Under the pieces are notes generated by a model. It was given only the letters and a program-made list of their open reading frames with translations. It had not been told where the DNA came from and did no database searches. Shown here in pieces: positions 23,775 through 36,700 of a DNA stretch of 64,000 nucleotides. A program made the position numbers and the translations under genes. Source of the stretch: Macrostomum hystrix (Eukaryota; Animalia; Platyhelminthes). The DNA lies in NCBI GenBank assembly GCA_950097015.1, contig CATNEN010000007.1, forward strand, positions 12,772,001-12,836,000. The letters are read 5' to 3'. Numbering within the stretch: the first letter of the stretch is position 1; the number at the start of each line of letters is the position of its first letter.

Positions 23775-26700
23775 ATGGAGGCGCAGCCAGGCAAGCAGGA
23801 CTCCACCGATGAGGCGCTGCACGAGGAGTCAGTGGCACTGTACAGTGAGGACCATTCAGCAGAAGCTCGCATTGTACTTTTGTCATAGGATCTTGAAGCC
23901 GTGCAGCCAGTTTACACACTGTCATGGGATCTTGAAGCCATGCAGCCAGTTTACACACTGTCATGGGATCTTGAAGCCACGCAGCCAGTTTACACACTGT
24001 CATGGGATCTTGAAGCCATGCAGCCAGTTTACACACTGTCATGGGATCTTGAAGCCGTGTAGCCAGTTTACACACTGTCATAGGATCTTGAAGCCATGCA
24101 GCCAGTTTACACACTGTCATGGGATCTTGAAGCCATGCAGCCAGTTTACACACTGTCATGGGATCTTGAAGCCGTGCAGCCAGTTTACACACTGTCATGG
24201 GATCTTGAAGCCATGCAGCCAGTTTACACACTGTCATAGGATCTTGAAGCCATGCAGCCAGTTTACACACTGTCATGGGATCTTGAAGCCGTGCAGCCAG
24301 TTTACACACTGTCATGGGATCTTGAAGCCATGCAGCCAGTTTACACACTGTCATGGGATCTTGAAGCCGTGCAGCCAGTTTACACACTGTCATGGGATCT
24401 TGAAGCCGTGTAGCCAGTTTACACACTGTCATAGGATCTTGAAGCCATGCAGCCAGTTTACACACTGTCATAGGATCTTGAAGCCGTGCAGCCAGTTTAC
24501 ACACTGTCATGGGATCTTGAAGACGTGCAGCCAGTTTACACACTGTCATGGGATCTTGAAGCCATGCAGCCAGTTTACACACTGTCATGGGATCTTGAAG
24601 CCATGCAGCCAGTTTACACACTGTCATGGGATCTTGAAGCCATGCAGCCAGTTTACACACTGTCATGGGATCTTGAAGCCATGCAGCCAGTTTACACACT
24701 GTCATGGGATCTTGAAGCCATGCAGCCAGTTTACACACTGTCATGGGATCTTGAAGCCATGCAGCCAGTTTACACACTGTCATGGGATCTTGAAGCCATG
24801 CAGCCAGTTTACACACTGTCATGGGATCTTGAAGCCGTGTAGCCAGTTTACACACTGTCATAGGATCTTGAAGCCATGCAGCCAGTTTACACACTGTCAT
24901 GGGATCTTGAAGCCATGCAGCCAGTTTACACACTGTCATGGGATCTTGAAGCCGTGCAGCCAGTTTACACACTGTCATGGGATCTTGAAGCCGTGCAGCC
25001 AGTTTACACACTGTCATGGGATCTTGAAGCCGTGCAGCCAGTTTACACACTGTCATGGGATCTTGAAGCCGTGCAGCCAGTTTACAGTTGTTATGGGATC
25101 TTGAAGCCGTGCAGCCAGTTTACAGTTGTTATGGGATCTTGAAGCTGTGCAGCCAGTTTACAGTTGTTATGGGATCTTGAAGCTGTGCAGCCTGGGTAAG
25201 GTGTTGGCTGCAGGTGCAATCTGATTTTCTCCTGTCTGAACCCACAGAAAAGTGCCGGTCCGTGTTCCAGCTGTTTGACCGCAGCTCCGGCTTCATGCTG
25301 ACCAAGGACTTGGGCTCGGCACTGCGGGCTCTGGGCCAGATTCCCAGCGACCAGGAGGTTGACATGATGGCTTCCAAGCTTGAGCAGGATGACATTTATG
25401 ACAAAGGTAAGGCCGCATGATAATTTAGCCTTGAGCACTTTACTCTTGAGCACAGCCTCCGTGCCCGCTAACCAGGCCACACCAAGGTCTCCTTCGATGA
25501 GTTCTATCGGGTCGTTCAGGAGAACAGCGAGAGAAAAGACGACATCAGGGAGATGGTGCTGGACTCTTTCAAGGTAGGGTTGGGCGGTGATGCTCGCTGG
25601 GGACTCTCTTTGCTTTTAGAGGCTTTAAAGGCTTTCTGCTCTGCGCATGCATTAGTAATGCTGTGTGCATGTATCACTGCTGTGTGCAAGCATTAGTAAT
25701 GCTGTGTGCATGTATCAGTGTTGTGTGCATGTATCAGTGTTGTGTGCAAGTATCGGTGTTATGTGCATGTATCAGACTGCTGTGTGCATGTATAAGTGTT
25801 GTGTGCATGTATCAGTGTTGTGTGCATGTATAAGTGCTGTGTGCATGTATAAGTGCTGTGTGCATGCATAAGTGCTGTGTGCATGTATAAGTGTTGTGTG
25901 CATGCTTAAGAGCTGTGTGCATGCATAAGTGCTGTGTGCATGTATAAGTGTTGTGTGCATGCTTAAGAGCTGTGTGCATGCATAAGTGCTGTGTGCATGT
26001 ATAAGTGTTGTGTGCATGCTTAAGAGCTGTGTGCATGCATAAGAGCTGTGTGCATGCATAAGTGCTGTGTGCATGCATAAGTGCTGTGTGCATGCATAAG
26101 TGCTGTGTGCATGTATAAGTGCTGTGTGCATGCAAAAGTGCTGTGTGCATGCATAAGTGCTGTGTGCATGCATAAGTGCTGTGTGCATGCATAAGTGCTG
26201 TGTGCATGTATAAGTGCTGTGTGCATGTATAAGTGCTGTGTGCATGCATAAGTGCTGTGTGCATGTATAAGTGCTGTGTGCATGTATAAGTGCTGTGTGC
26301 ATGCATAAGTGCTGTGTGCATGCATAAGTGCTGTGTGCATGTATAAGTGCTGTGTGCATGCATAAGTGCTGTGTGCATGTATAAGTGCTGTGTGCATGTA
26401 TAAGTGCTGTGTGCATGCATCAGACTGCTGTATATCGCTACTATGTTCGAGTGGGGACAGTAGACATTTCCGCAATTTCTAAGTGAAAAGTGAAGTATTT
26501 TTGCAAATGCAGCATAAAACACGTTCGTTGCCATAGCAACCATCGGCTGCATCATTAGTCTAAGACACAGGAAGGCAGCAAGCACAATGCTTCACCTCAT
26601 GCAATAATTTGCTCGTATGCCCTGCCCTCATTCCCAGTGCCTGGATCCCCAGGCCAGCGGCCAGGTGGACGCCGCCCGACTGCAGTCGCTGCTCACCGGC

Positions 26701-27005
26701 ATGGGGGAGCCGCTGAGTCAGGCCGAGGCGAAGGAGCTGCTGCAGGAGGCGGGGCTGAGCAAGGACGGCAGAGTCGATTACGCCAGTGAGTACACCAGTG
26801 GGCGGGTCTCGGGTCAGTGAGGCAGTTCAAGAATTTCCTGAATGCTTTGACGATGAGGGTTGCGAATCGCTCCGCTTCAGGGTTCGTGGAGCAGCTGCTG
26901 CAGTTCGAGGCGGCTGCGGCGGGAGGCCGGGAAGCCACTGCGGCCGCCGTGACAGAGGAGCGAAAGGAGAACAAGAAGAAGAAGAAGAAGAAGAAGAAGG
27001 GCTGA
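23775..27005 (+). CDS. Calmodulin-like EF-hand protein (possibly EFCAB2/DRC8-like) with poly-Lys tail. Exons 23775-23844, 25248-25406, 25476-25573, 26638-26785, 26881-27005 (199 aa)
   Basis: Four GT-AG introns join in frame to give ...VALYKKCRSVFQLFDRSSGFMLTKDLGSALRALGQIPSDQEV...VSFDEFYRVV...MVLDSFKCLDPQASGQVDAARLQSLLTGMGEPLSQAEAKELLQEA..DGRVDYARFVEQLL, a calmodulin/myosin-light-chain fold pattern. Confidence 0.85.
23880..25192. repeat. 39-bp minisatellite in intron 1 of the EF-hand gene
   Basis: Unit TGTCATGGGATCTTGAAGCCATGCAGCCAGTTTACACAC, about 33 copies; the last units are shortened variants. Confidence 0.96.
25640..26420. repeat. 19-bp minisatellite (AAGTGCTGTGTGCATG(T/C)AT) in intron 3 of the EF-hand gene
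   Basis: About 40 tandem units. Confidence 0.94.
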
Positions 27006-27077
27006 CATGCGCGAGCTCACCTGGACTCAGAGAACGGACTCAGACTGCAGGTGGAATATTCGCTGCATATTGCATGA

Positions 27078-27632
27078 TTGCAGCTACTTACAGTAGCAGC
27101 ACCAGAATAAACCAAAATACAATGCAGCTACTTACAGTAGCACCAGAATAAACCAAAATACAATGCAGCTGCTTACAGTAGCAGCACCAGAATAAACCAA
27201 AATACAATGCAGCTACTTACAGTAGCAGCACCAGAATAAACCAAAATACAATGCAGCTACTTACAGTAGCACCAGAATAAACCAAAATACAATGCAGCTA
27301 CTTACAGTAGCAGCACCAGAATAAACCAAAATACAATGCAGCTACTTACAGTAGCACCAGAATAAACCAAAATACAATGCAGCTGCTTACAGTAGCAGCA
27401 CCAGAATAAACCAAAATACAATGCAGCTACTTACAGTAGCACCAGAATAAACCAAAATACAATGCAGCTACTTACAGTAGCACCAGAATAAACCAAAATA
27501 CAATGCAGCTACTTACAGTAGCACCAGAATAAACCAAAATACAATGCAGCTACTTACAGTAGCACCAGAATAAACCAAAATACAATGCAGCTACTTACAG
27601 TAGCACCAGAATAAACCAAAATACAATGCAGC
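27078..27632. repeat. 41/44-bp tandem repeat containing AATAAA, in the 3' region of the EF-hand gene
   Basis: Unit GCAGCTACTTACAGTAGCA(GCA)CCAGAATAAACCAAAATACAAT, about 13 copies. Confidence 0.94.
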
Positions 27633-27799
27633 GATTGACCAACTATTTGCACCATTTACAGCTGGGTCAGTCCCAATCACAATTACTTAAGTTACTAGCA
27701 GCGACTTGTAGAATATTCGCTGGATTTTATAGCCTTCTGTCATTATTGCGAAGGTAATTCCGGTCGAGAGCTAAGACAGGTAAAGATCACGGGTGGGGT

Positions 27800-27927
27800 A
27801 TTTCAAATGCCCATTGACTACTTCAAATGCCCATTGCCTACTTCAAATGCCCATTGCCTACTTCAAATGCCCATTGCCTACTTCAAATGCCCATTGCCTT
27901 ATTTCAAATGCCCATTGCCTACTTCAA
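27800..27927. repeat. 20-bp repeat (CTTCAAATGCCCATTGCCTA)
   Basis: About 6 tandem units. Confidence 0.9.
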
Positions 27928-28151
27928 GATAGCTCCCAAAACGATTTTCATGAAAGTCCAAAATATTGATCAAAAGTTTTCGCCCATTATGAACTAATTT
28001 TTAAAGCCACGCATCGTCAAGACATTCAACGATTTTGTTGAAGAGCCTGGAAACTTACATTTCTCTGAATAACCGTCATTGGCGAATTCATATTAGTTCA
28101 ATAATATAATGGTTAACTATATGATCAGCAATAATTGCCGACATGGTTGCA

Positions 28152-28947
28152 TGCAGGCAAATGCATCAACTCCACAGCTCAATGACTGCTGTATTTAACA
28201 GTTTGAATCTGAAAGCCACAACTGAATGACGCAGGCAAATGCAACAACTCCACAGCTCAATGACTGCTGTATTTAACAGTTTGAATCTGAAAGCCACAAC
28301 TGAATGACGCAGGCAAATGCAACAACTCCACAGCTCAATGACTGCTGTATTTAACAGTTTGAATCTGAAAGCCACAACTGAATGACGCAGGCAAATGCAA
28401 CAACTCCACAGCTCAATGACTGCTGTATTTAACAGTTTGAATCTGAAAGCCACAACTGAATGACGCAGGCAAATGCATCAACTCCACAGCTCAATGACTG
28501 CTGTATTTAACAGTTTGAATCTGAAAGCCACAACTGAATGACGCAGGCAAATGCAACAACTCCACAGCTCAATGACTGCTGTATTTAACAGTTTGAATCT
28601 GAAAGCCACAACTGAATGACGCAGGCAAATGCATCAACTCCACAGCTCAATGACTGCTGTATTTAACAGTTTGAATCTGAAAGCCACAACTGAATGACGC
28701 AGGCAAATGCAACAACTCCACAGCTCAATGACTGCTGTATTTAACAGTTTGAATCTGAAAGCCACAACTGAATGACGCAGGCAAATGCATCAACTCCACA
28801 GCTCAATGACTGCTGTATTTAACAGTTTGAATCTGAAAGCCACAACTGAATGACGCAGGCAAATGCATCAACTCCACAGCTCAATGACTGCTGTATTTAA
28901 CAGTTTGAATCTGAAAGCCACAACTGAATGACGCAGGCAAATGCATC
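28152..28947. repeat. 78-bp tandem repeat, about 10 near-identical copies
   Basis: Unit GCAGGCAAATGCA(A/T)CAACTCCACAGCTCAATGACTGCTGTATTTAACAGTTTGAATCTGAAAGCCACAACTGAATGAC. Confidence 0.96.
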
Positions 28948-29158
28948 GAGACGAAGCAGGCCGGCATTGGGCTGGCTGAGCTTAAATTAGAGACTTGACA
29001 GGAAAAATGAAAATAGCGAGTTATATCGAGTAGCATGAAAAAAAGCATAGGGAAATGTAACGCAGATGTGAGAGGATCCAGTTTGTTTACTATTACATAA
29101 GCGGCATTGGTGCACTGACCGCATGTACGGGTGATTCACACGGCATCGGACTTTATTG

Positions 29159-30279
29159 TCACCTGCCACCGGCGCGCAGCTGCATGGCTTCGCGCAGCTC
29201 GGCGACAGAGGCGCAGATCTCCGCCTCCAGCTGCAGCGCCTCGGCCGGCCAGGTCTCGGCCCGGCGCCGCTTGACAGCGTCCAGCAGCTCCGCCACGGCC
29301 TGGTGCGCCAGGTGGCCGAGCAGGCGGCACGAGTCCGAGCTCAGCCGGTGGCCGGCTGGGCCCAGCCAGGAGCGGAAGCGGCGCAGCTCCATGCAGCCGA
29401 CGCGGCCAGCGCCCCGGCCGACCAGGCAGCAGCGGCGGCTGCGGGAGAACCGCTCGTAGTCGGCGGCGCTCAGCCGCTCCGAGCACCGGCTCAGCCGCTG
29501 CAGCCGCTGCTGCCGCTCCGCCTGTAGCTGGAGCAGTGCCTCCGCTGCGTCAGCCGCAGCCGCCACCAGAAAGGGCGGCAGGGCCTCCTGCCTGCGGACA
29601 CATTTGGTTTGCCAGCCGAGTCAGCTTTGCTAAATCAATGAGCTTCTAAGTTTACCTAATTACGAATATGTACTCACTGCCTACTGAAAGTAGAGCGGTG
29701 CGCACTTCCCTAAACGAATTCTGTAAAAAGTTAACTGTAAATTGCATTGAAGATGAAGATTAGTCAGCACTGATACCAGAATGGTGTGAACCGCCACTCG
29801 CCCAATGCGAGCTAGCAGACAGACAGCTCGGAGCTCCCAGTCCCTCACCTGCCATCGGCGACGACTTCGGCCAGCTGTTCCGTCGACTCAACAGCCTCCT
29901 CGGTGTCGCCATCTTCGCAATCGCCCCCGACGTCACCGTCGCCGCCACCGCTGCCAACCGCGCGGGTCTCGGCCAGCAGGCGATGGTACAGAACGCAGTG
30001 GGCTAGGGCCCGCCGGTTGGAGCGCAGGGCCGCCACTAGAGCGGCCGGCGACACCTCCGCCTTCTCGGTGGCGGTGGCGCGCTTCTCCTCGACGGCGGCG
30101 GCAGCGGCCCACCGTGAGAGCCGCAGCCGGAGGTAGTCCTCTACCAGGCGGAGGCTGTCGCTGCTCGGCTCGGGAAAGTCACCCAAGCCATACATGATCT
30201 GGCTGAGCTGCTCAGTGTACAAGTACTGCTGCTGCTGCTGCTGCTGTTCTGTTGGTGAAGATTCTAAATAAAAATTCAT
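29159..30279 (-). CDS. SUPT3H: Divergent SPT3/SUPT3H (SAGA histone-fold subunit). Exons about 30279 (or acceptor at 30263) to 29849, and 29591-29159; 5' end uncertain
   Basis: N-terminal fold YTEQLSQIMYGLGDFPEPSSDSLRLVEDYL (cf. ELQSMMYSLGD..P..E...LVED); C-terminal ERQQRLQRL...LSAADYERFSRSR...RFRSWL...LLGHLAHQAVAELLD...ELREAM. GT-AG intron 29848-29592 keeps frame; AATAAA follows the stop. Confidence 0.8.
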
Positions 30280-30487
30280 ACAAGGCGGGAGTTTCTCGGT
30301 GGAAGGCAATAAGAGAGGAAGAGAGAATAAATTGTAGAACGGCAGCGGAGCAGCGGAGGAGAGCGGATATGGGGAGAGAGGGAATTGTCTCATTCAGAGG
30401 TACAGTAGATGCTGTCAAAGATTTGTTGAAAGTTGGGAGCCGAAAGAGCGGAAGAGATAAAGGGCGGAACATCAGGTGAGGTGAAGT

Positions 30488-30645
30488 AGGTGAAGAGCGG
30501 AGGAGGTGAAGAGCGGAGGAGGTGAATAGCGGAGGAGGTGAAGAGCGGAGGAGGTGAAGAGCGGAGGAGGTGAAGAGCGGAGGAGGTGAAGAGCGGAGGA
30601 GGTGAAGAGCGGAGGAGGTGAAGAGAGGAAGAGCGGAGGTGAAGA
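30488..30645. repeat. 16-bp purine-rich repeat (TGAAGAGCGGAGGAGG)
   Basis: About 9 tandem units. Confidence 0.9.
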
Positions 30646-33600
30646 GGCTTTAATGAATCCAAGAGACACGAAGCAGTTTAGTGGACCCATCGAGTTCTGT
30701 TCTGCTAGTTTAATTAAGATAAATCTGGACCGAGACGAAGCTAAACAGCAAACGAACCATCAGCGGAGAACGGAGATGGAAGTAGAGCGATAGGCAATTG
30801 TGCGCAAGCGCAGATCAGTGGGTGTTACACACACGCACACAGCGCCATCTTTTCACTGGGCATAAATTCGGATCGCATAGCGAAGCACAGCCAGCAGATG
30901 GATTTGCGCTGCGGGACAATCGCCGCTCGCATCTGCCCCCTCCCCAACAGGCGCAGTGGCTGAGCTGGAGTGTAAACAGAGGCTGCAAAGGCGCAAATGT
31001 CTTGTGTGAGGGTGCAGCCGCATCGCCTGCTGCGGAGTTTTCCAGCCCGCCACGGCTTGCACAGATTTTTCAGAAACTGCCGCAGCTCTGCTAATTTGCT
31101 GTCTTACAACACTCTTAGCAGCCGGCGAATACGGCTAGCAGGTATTCGGCTAAGATGAGTAGCCGAGGCAACAGGGGCACCCAGCAACAGCTCAGCTGAG
31201 ACAGCTCAGCGATTGCGGGCATTTGGCAGAGCGAGCCTTTTGGACAATTATTGGAGATAAGCATGCCAAGGGAGTCCGTCTCTGACTTGTGAGAAGCAGA
31301 GGTTGTGCTGGTATACTCGTAATGAGACAGATTTAAAAACAACTCAAGGAATTGGAATCGAGCGCCAGTCGTCGACAAGGGCAGAACGGAGGCTTGCAAG
31401 AAGTAGAAGCGGTAGAGGACCCGAGTTTCTGCAGCACTTCCAGTCGGCCAGGCCGCAGTGGTGGGAAGCAGAGAGGCTCCAGAGCGCGGCGATCGAGATC
31501 GAGGGGCTCTCGAAGCGGCGGACCAATTTGCACAGGCTCAAGCAGCCGCCATCAGCGTCAATATCTCAGGCCGGGCCGCGAATCCCCGCCCAAATCCCGC
31601 ACAATCGCTGATCGATCAACTGATTTTCTGACTGCAAAAACGGAGAAGGCTGGAAAAACACGCCGGGATGCGGCTCGATGCCCCGCAGCCCGGGGATCGG
31701 AGAGGCCGGGGCGAGTAGCCGGAGCGGGCAGGAGGCCGGGGAGAAATAAAAATGGCCGGCAGCAGTTAATAATTCACGCCTGGCAAGAGGAGGGCCGGCC
31801 GGAGTCCAAGTCTTCCGCAGCCGGTGGAGTCGCGGCGACTGTCAAAGATAGCCCGGCCGCTGAAGTCGCGGTGCTTGGCCCAAGACGAGTTTGGCTCGAA
31901 GCCAGTGGCGGGGCAGGCAGCCATTCCAGGGGCAGCTGGGGTTGGCTGCAGGCCAGCTGTGCGGAGGCCCAGGGCAGGCGGGCCGAAGTGCGTACGCTGT
32001 TTTACGATAACTCGGCCCGAGAGAGGCTGGGGCTGCGCCTGAGACTGGCAGGAGCAGCCAGCGGGAGAGGGGCGGAGCGGGGTGTGGCGGACCGGATGCT
32101 TGCGACCGGTATAAAGCGGACTGCTCAGCGGTGCCATGTACGCAGAGCTGGGATCGGCCAGGCCTGGAACTGGCGGCAGGCGGCGTGAGCGTCGAAAGCC
32201 TTCAGGAGCCGAGAGTCCGGACAGGCGGCGGGCAGGAACGGTAAGAGAATGCCGGCAGCTGTGCCCATATGTGGAACTGCATGCATTGCAGTCAGCTGAC
32301 CTTTGCAAATCGAGAACTAGAAATGTAGTCGGACCCAGGCGGAAACAAAGACGCGTCTGGCCCGCCGCCCCATCTGCGCCGTGATTCCCCCGAACTGAAT
32401 GCGTCAGAGGAGGGGAACAAACGGGAAGGCACAGATAGGGGAATTCGGTGCCGGGCCCAGACACCTTCCGCCCAATGGAAGAATGGCAGGCAGGTAATGC
32501 CGCCAGCCCCAGCCCCCGGAATTCAGGGAAGGAAAGGGAAGGGCCGCGCAATGGGATATAAAATGGCGCGGGCCAAAGAAGAAGGCCCGGACGCCAGGGT
32601 CGGAGAGGCAGGGGGACCAGAGCCCGCACCGGAATCGGAGGTGCAGCGGCATTTTAGCTAGCAGGACAGCCGATCCCCGACTCCGCAGAGACCGCTGACT
32701 CCGGGGGACATGCTTCTTTGCATCCACATGCCGCCGCCGTTGCAGCCGCGGGCCATCCGAGGCCCGGACCATGGAATGTAAAGAAGTATGTTCTCTGGCG
32801 GCGCTGAGCAACCCAACCACCCCGATCCCCAATCCCCGCCTCAAGTGCTCAGAGAAGTGTCCAGGGCAGCCCAAAGCTGCGTTTGTCTCAGTTGGTGCAG
32901 CAGTTGTTGCCAAATGCAACAGTGATGAGGGCAGCCACAGTTCGGCCAGTGACGCATGCAGGCCCAGCTCCTTGGCCCAGTGCGGTTTTGAAGCAGAAAA
33001 CAGTTCCCCTTGCCTCCGATCGATATGTCTGACGCACGGGTGGGCAGCGGGGGGAGGCCCGAATAAGCGGAGGCTGGCGGGCGGGGGGGCGGTTGTGGGG
33101 AGGCCGCCACTATCAGTGTGGGGCTTACAGTGCGGCCGATATTTCCCAGCAGACCCTACCCAGCCCGGATCCCAGACCCGGCCTCCCAATCCCCAAAATG
33201 CTGGAGGCTAGGAGGGGAGGAGAGCCCTAAAAAGCGGCCAAAATGCAATTGAACAGGGCAACCACAGGCTGGGGGCCCATCACGCAGCGCCCGCGTGACT
33301 GCAGAGCGCCAGCCAAAGCCACATAAAGCATGCAGGGTGCGTAAACAGTGACACAGCAAGGTGAAGATTGAAATCTGGCCACTCTGAAATTTGCCTATCT
33401 ATTTGGATAACTTCCGAAGCTTAGCAACCCTAGCTTAGCTAGCTAACAGTGCCTTCACTTTCAAAGCTGAAGCGAGTTAAACTATGAAATTAAAGCCGAG
33501 CCAAATTGACCAGCTAGCCAGTGAAGCCATAAGGACAGGAAGCGGGCACCGGCCTGCAGTAGTGCCGATCCCACAAACTGATGGGGACAGCTGCGGCTGC

Positions 33601-33739
33601 GGCCGGGCGAATCCAGCTGGCGGACCCCGGGGTGGCTGGCTGAACACACTACTGACAGTAGGCTGCTGCGAATGCTGCACACAGTGCCTGTTAGGATATT
33701 CCCTAGCTGTAAATGCCGAAACTTTAGAATGATAAAATT

Positions 33740-36700
33740 AACATCCTCAAACTCTCATATCCTTAATTCTCCTAAGTTGTAATACTTTCAATTCTCATAC
33801 CCCCAATCCTCACATCTTCAATTCTCGCATCCTCAATTCTCATATCCTCAATTCTCGCATCCTCAACCCTCACATCCTCAATTCTAATCTCCTCAATCCT
33901 CACATCTTCAATTCCTGCATCCTCAATTCTCATCTCCTCAATCCTCACATCTTCAATTCTCGCATCCTCAATTCTCATATCCTCAGCCCTCACATCCTCA
34001 ATCCTCACATCTTCAATTCCCGCATCCTCAATTCTCATCTCCTCAATTCTCACATCTTCAATTCTCGCATCCTCAATTCTCATCTCCTCAATTCTCACAT
34101 CCTCAATCCTCACATCCTCAATTCTCACATCCTCAATTCTCGCATCCTCAATTCTCACATCCTCAATTCTCACGTCTTCAATTCTCGCATCCTCAATTCT
34201 CACATCCTCAATTCTCACATCCTCAATTCTCGCATCCTCAATTCTCACATCCTCAATTCTCACGTCTTCAATTCTCGCATCTTCAATTCTCGCATCCTCA
34301 ATTCTCATCTCCTCAATCCTCAGATCTTCAATTCTCGCATCCTCAATTCTCGCATCCTCAATTATCACATCCTCAATTCTCATCTCCTCAATCCTCACAT
34401 CTTCAATTCCTGCATCCTCAATTCTCATTTCCTCAATCCTCACATCTTCAATTCTCGCATCCTCAATTCTCATATCCTCAGCACTCACATCCTCAATCCT
34501 CACATCTTCAATTCCCGCATCCTCAATTCTCATCTCCTCAATTCTCACATCTTCAATTCTCATATCCTCAATTCTCATATCCTCAATTCTCACATCCTCA
34601 ATCCTCACAGCCTCAATTCTCATCTCCTCAATCCTCGCATCCTCAATTCTCGCATCTTCAATTCTCGCATCTTCAATTCTCGCATCCTCAATTCTCGCAT
34701 CCTCAATTCTCGCATCCTCAATTCTCGCATCTTCAATTCTCGCATCCTCAATTCTCGCATCCTCAATTCTCGCATCCTCAATTCTCGCATCCTCAATTCT
34801 CGCATCCTCAATTCTCACATCCTCAATTCTCACATCCTCAATTCTCATATCCTCAATTCTCACATCCTCAATTCTCACATCTTCAATTCTCATATCCTCA
34901 ATTCTCATATCCTCAATTCTCACATCCTCAATCCTCACAGCCTCAATTCTCATCTCCTCAATCCTCGCATCCTCAATTCTCGCATCTTCAATTCTCGCAT
35001 CTTCAATTCTCGCATCCTCAATTCTCGCATCCTCAATTCTCGCATCCTCAATTCTCGCATCTTCAATTCTCGCATCCTCAATTCTCGCATCCTCAATTCT
35101 CGCATCCTCAATTCTCGCATCCTCAATTCTCGCATCCTCAATTCTCGCATCCTCAATTCTCGCATCCTCAATTCTCACATCCTCAATTCTCGCATCTTCA
35201 ATTCTCGCATCCTCAATTCTCGCATCCTCAATTCTCGCATCCTCAATTCTCGCATCTTCAATTCTCGCATCTTTAATTCTCATCTCCTCAATTCTCGCAT
35301 CTTCAATTATCACATCCTCAATTCTCATCTCCTCAATTCTCGCATCCTCAATTATCACATCCTCAATTCTCATCTCCTCAATCCTCGCATCCTCAATTCT
35401 CGCATCTTCAATTCTCGCATCTTCAATTCTCGCATCCTCAATTCTCGCATCCTCAATTCTCGCATCCTCAATTCTCGCATCCTCAATTCTCGCATCTTCA
35501 ATTCTCGCATCTTCAATTCTCGCATCCTCAATTCTCGCATCCTCAATTCTCGCATCCTCAATTCTCGCATCCTCAATTCTCGCATCTTCAATTCTCGCAT
35601 CCTCAATTCTCGCATCCTCAATTCTCGCATCCTCAATTCTCGCATCTTCAATTCTCGCATCTTCAATTCTCATCTCCTCAATTCTCGCATCTTCAATTAT
35701 CACATCCTCAATTCTCATCTCCTCAATTCTCGCATCCTCAATTATCACATCCTCAATTCTCATCTCCTCAATCCTCGCATCCTCAATTCTCGCATCTTCA
35801 ATTCTCGCATCTTCAATTCTCGCATCCTCAATTCTCGCATCCTCAATTCTCGCATCCTCAATTCTCGCATCCTCAATTCTCGCATCCTCAATTCTCGCAT
35901 CCTCAATTCTCGCATCCTCAATTCTCGCATCCTCAATTCTCGCATCTTCAATTCTCGCATCCTCAATTCTCGCATCCTCAATTCTCGCATCCTCAATTCT
36001 CGCATCCTCAATTCTCGCATCTTCAATTCTCGCATCTTCAATTCTCATCTCCTCAATTCTCGCATCCTCAATTATCACATCCTCAATTCTCATATCCTAA
36101 ATTCTCATATCCTCAATTCTCGCATCCTCAACCCTCACATCCTCAATTCTCATATCCTAAATTCTCATATCCTCAATTCTCATCTCCTCAATCCTCGCAT
36201 CCTCAATTCTCGCATCTTCAATTCTCGCATCCTCAATTCTCGCATCTTCAATTATCACATCCTCAATTCTCATCTCCTCAATTCTCGCATCCTCAATTAT
36301 CACATCCTCAATTCTCATATCCTAAATTCTCATATCCTCAATTCTCGCATCCTCAATTATCACATCCTCAATTATCACATCCTCAATTCTCACATCCTCA
36401 ATTCTCATCTCCTCAATCCTCGCATCCTCAATTCTCGCATCTTCAATTCTCGCATCCTCAATTCTCGCATCTTCAATTCTCACATCCTCAATTCTCATCT
36501 CCTCAATTCTCATCTCCTCAATTCTCGCATCTTCAATTCTCACATCCTCAATTCTCGCATCCTCAATTCTCACATCCTCAATTCTCACATCCTCAATTCT
36601 CGCATCCTCAATTATCACATCCTCAATTCTCATATCCTAAATTCTCATATCCTCAATTCTCATATCCTCAACCCTCACATCCTCAATTCTCATCTCCTCA

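Noticed and set aside
23764-25104. 430-aa Cys/His repeat ORFs resembling zinc fingers
   Set aside because: 39-bp intronic minisatellite of the EF-hand gene.
28152-28947. CRISPR-like appearance of this and other regular arrays
   Set aside because: No unique spacers, no cas genes, and a eukaryotic intron-containing context.
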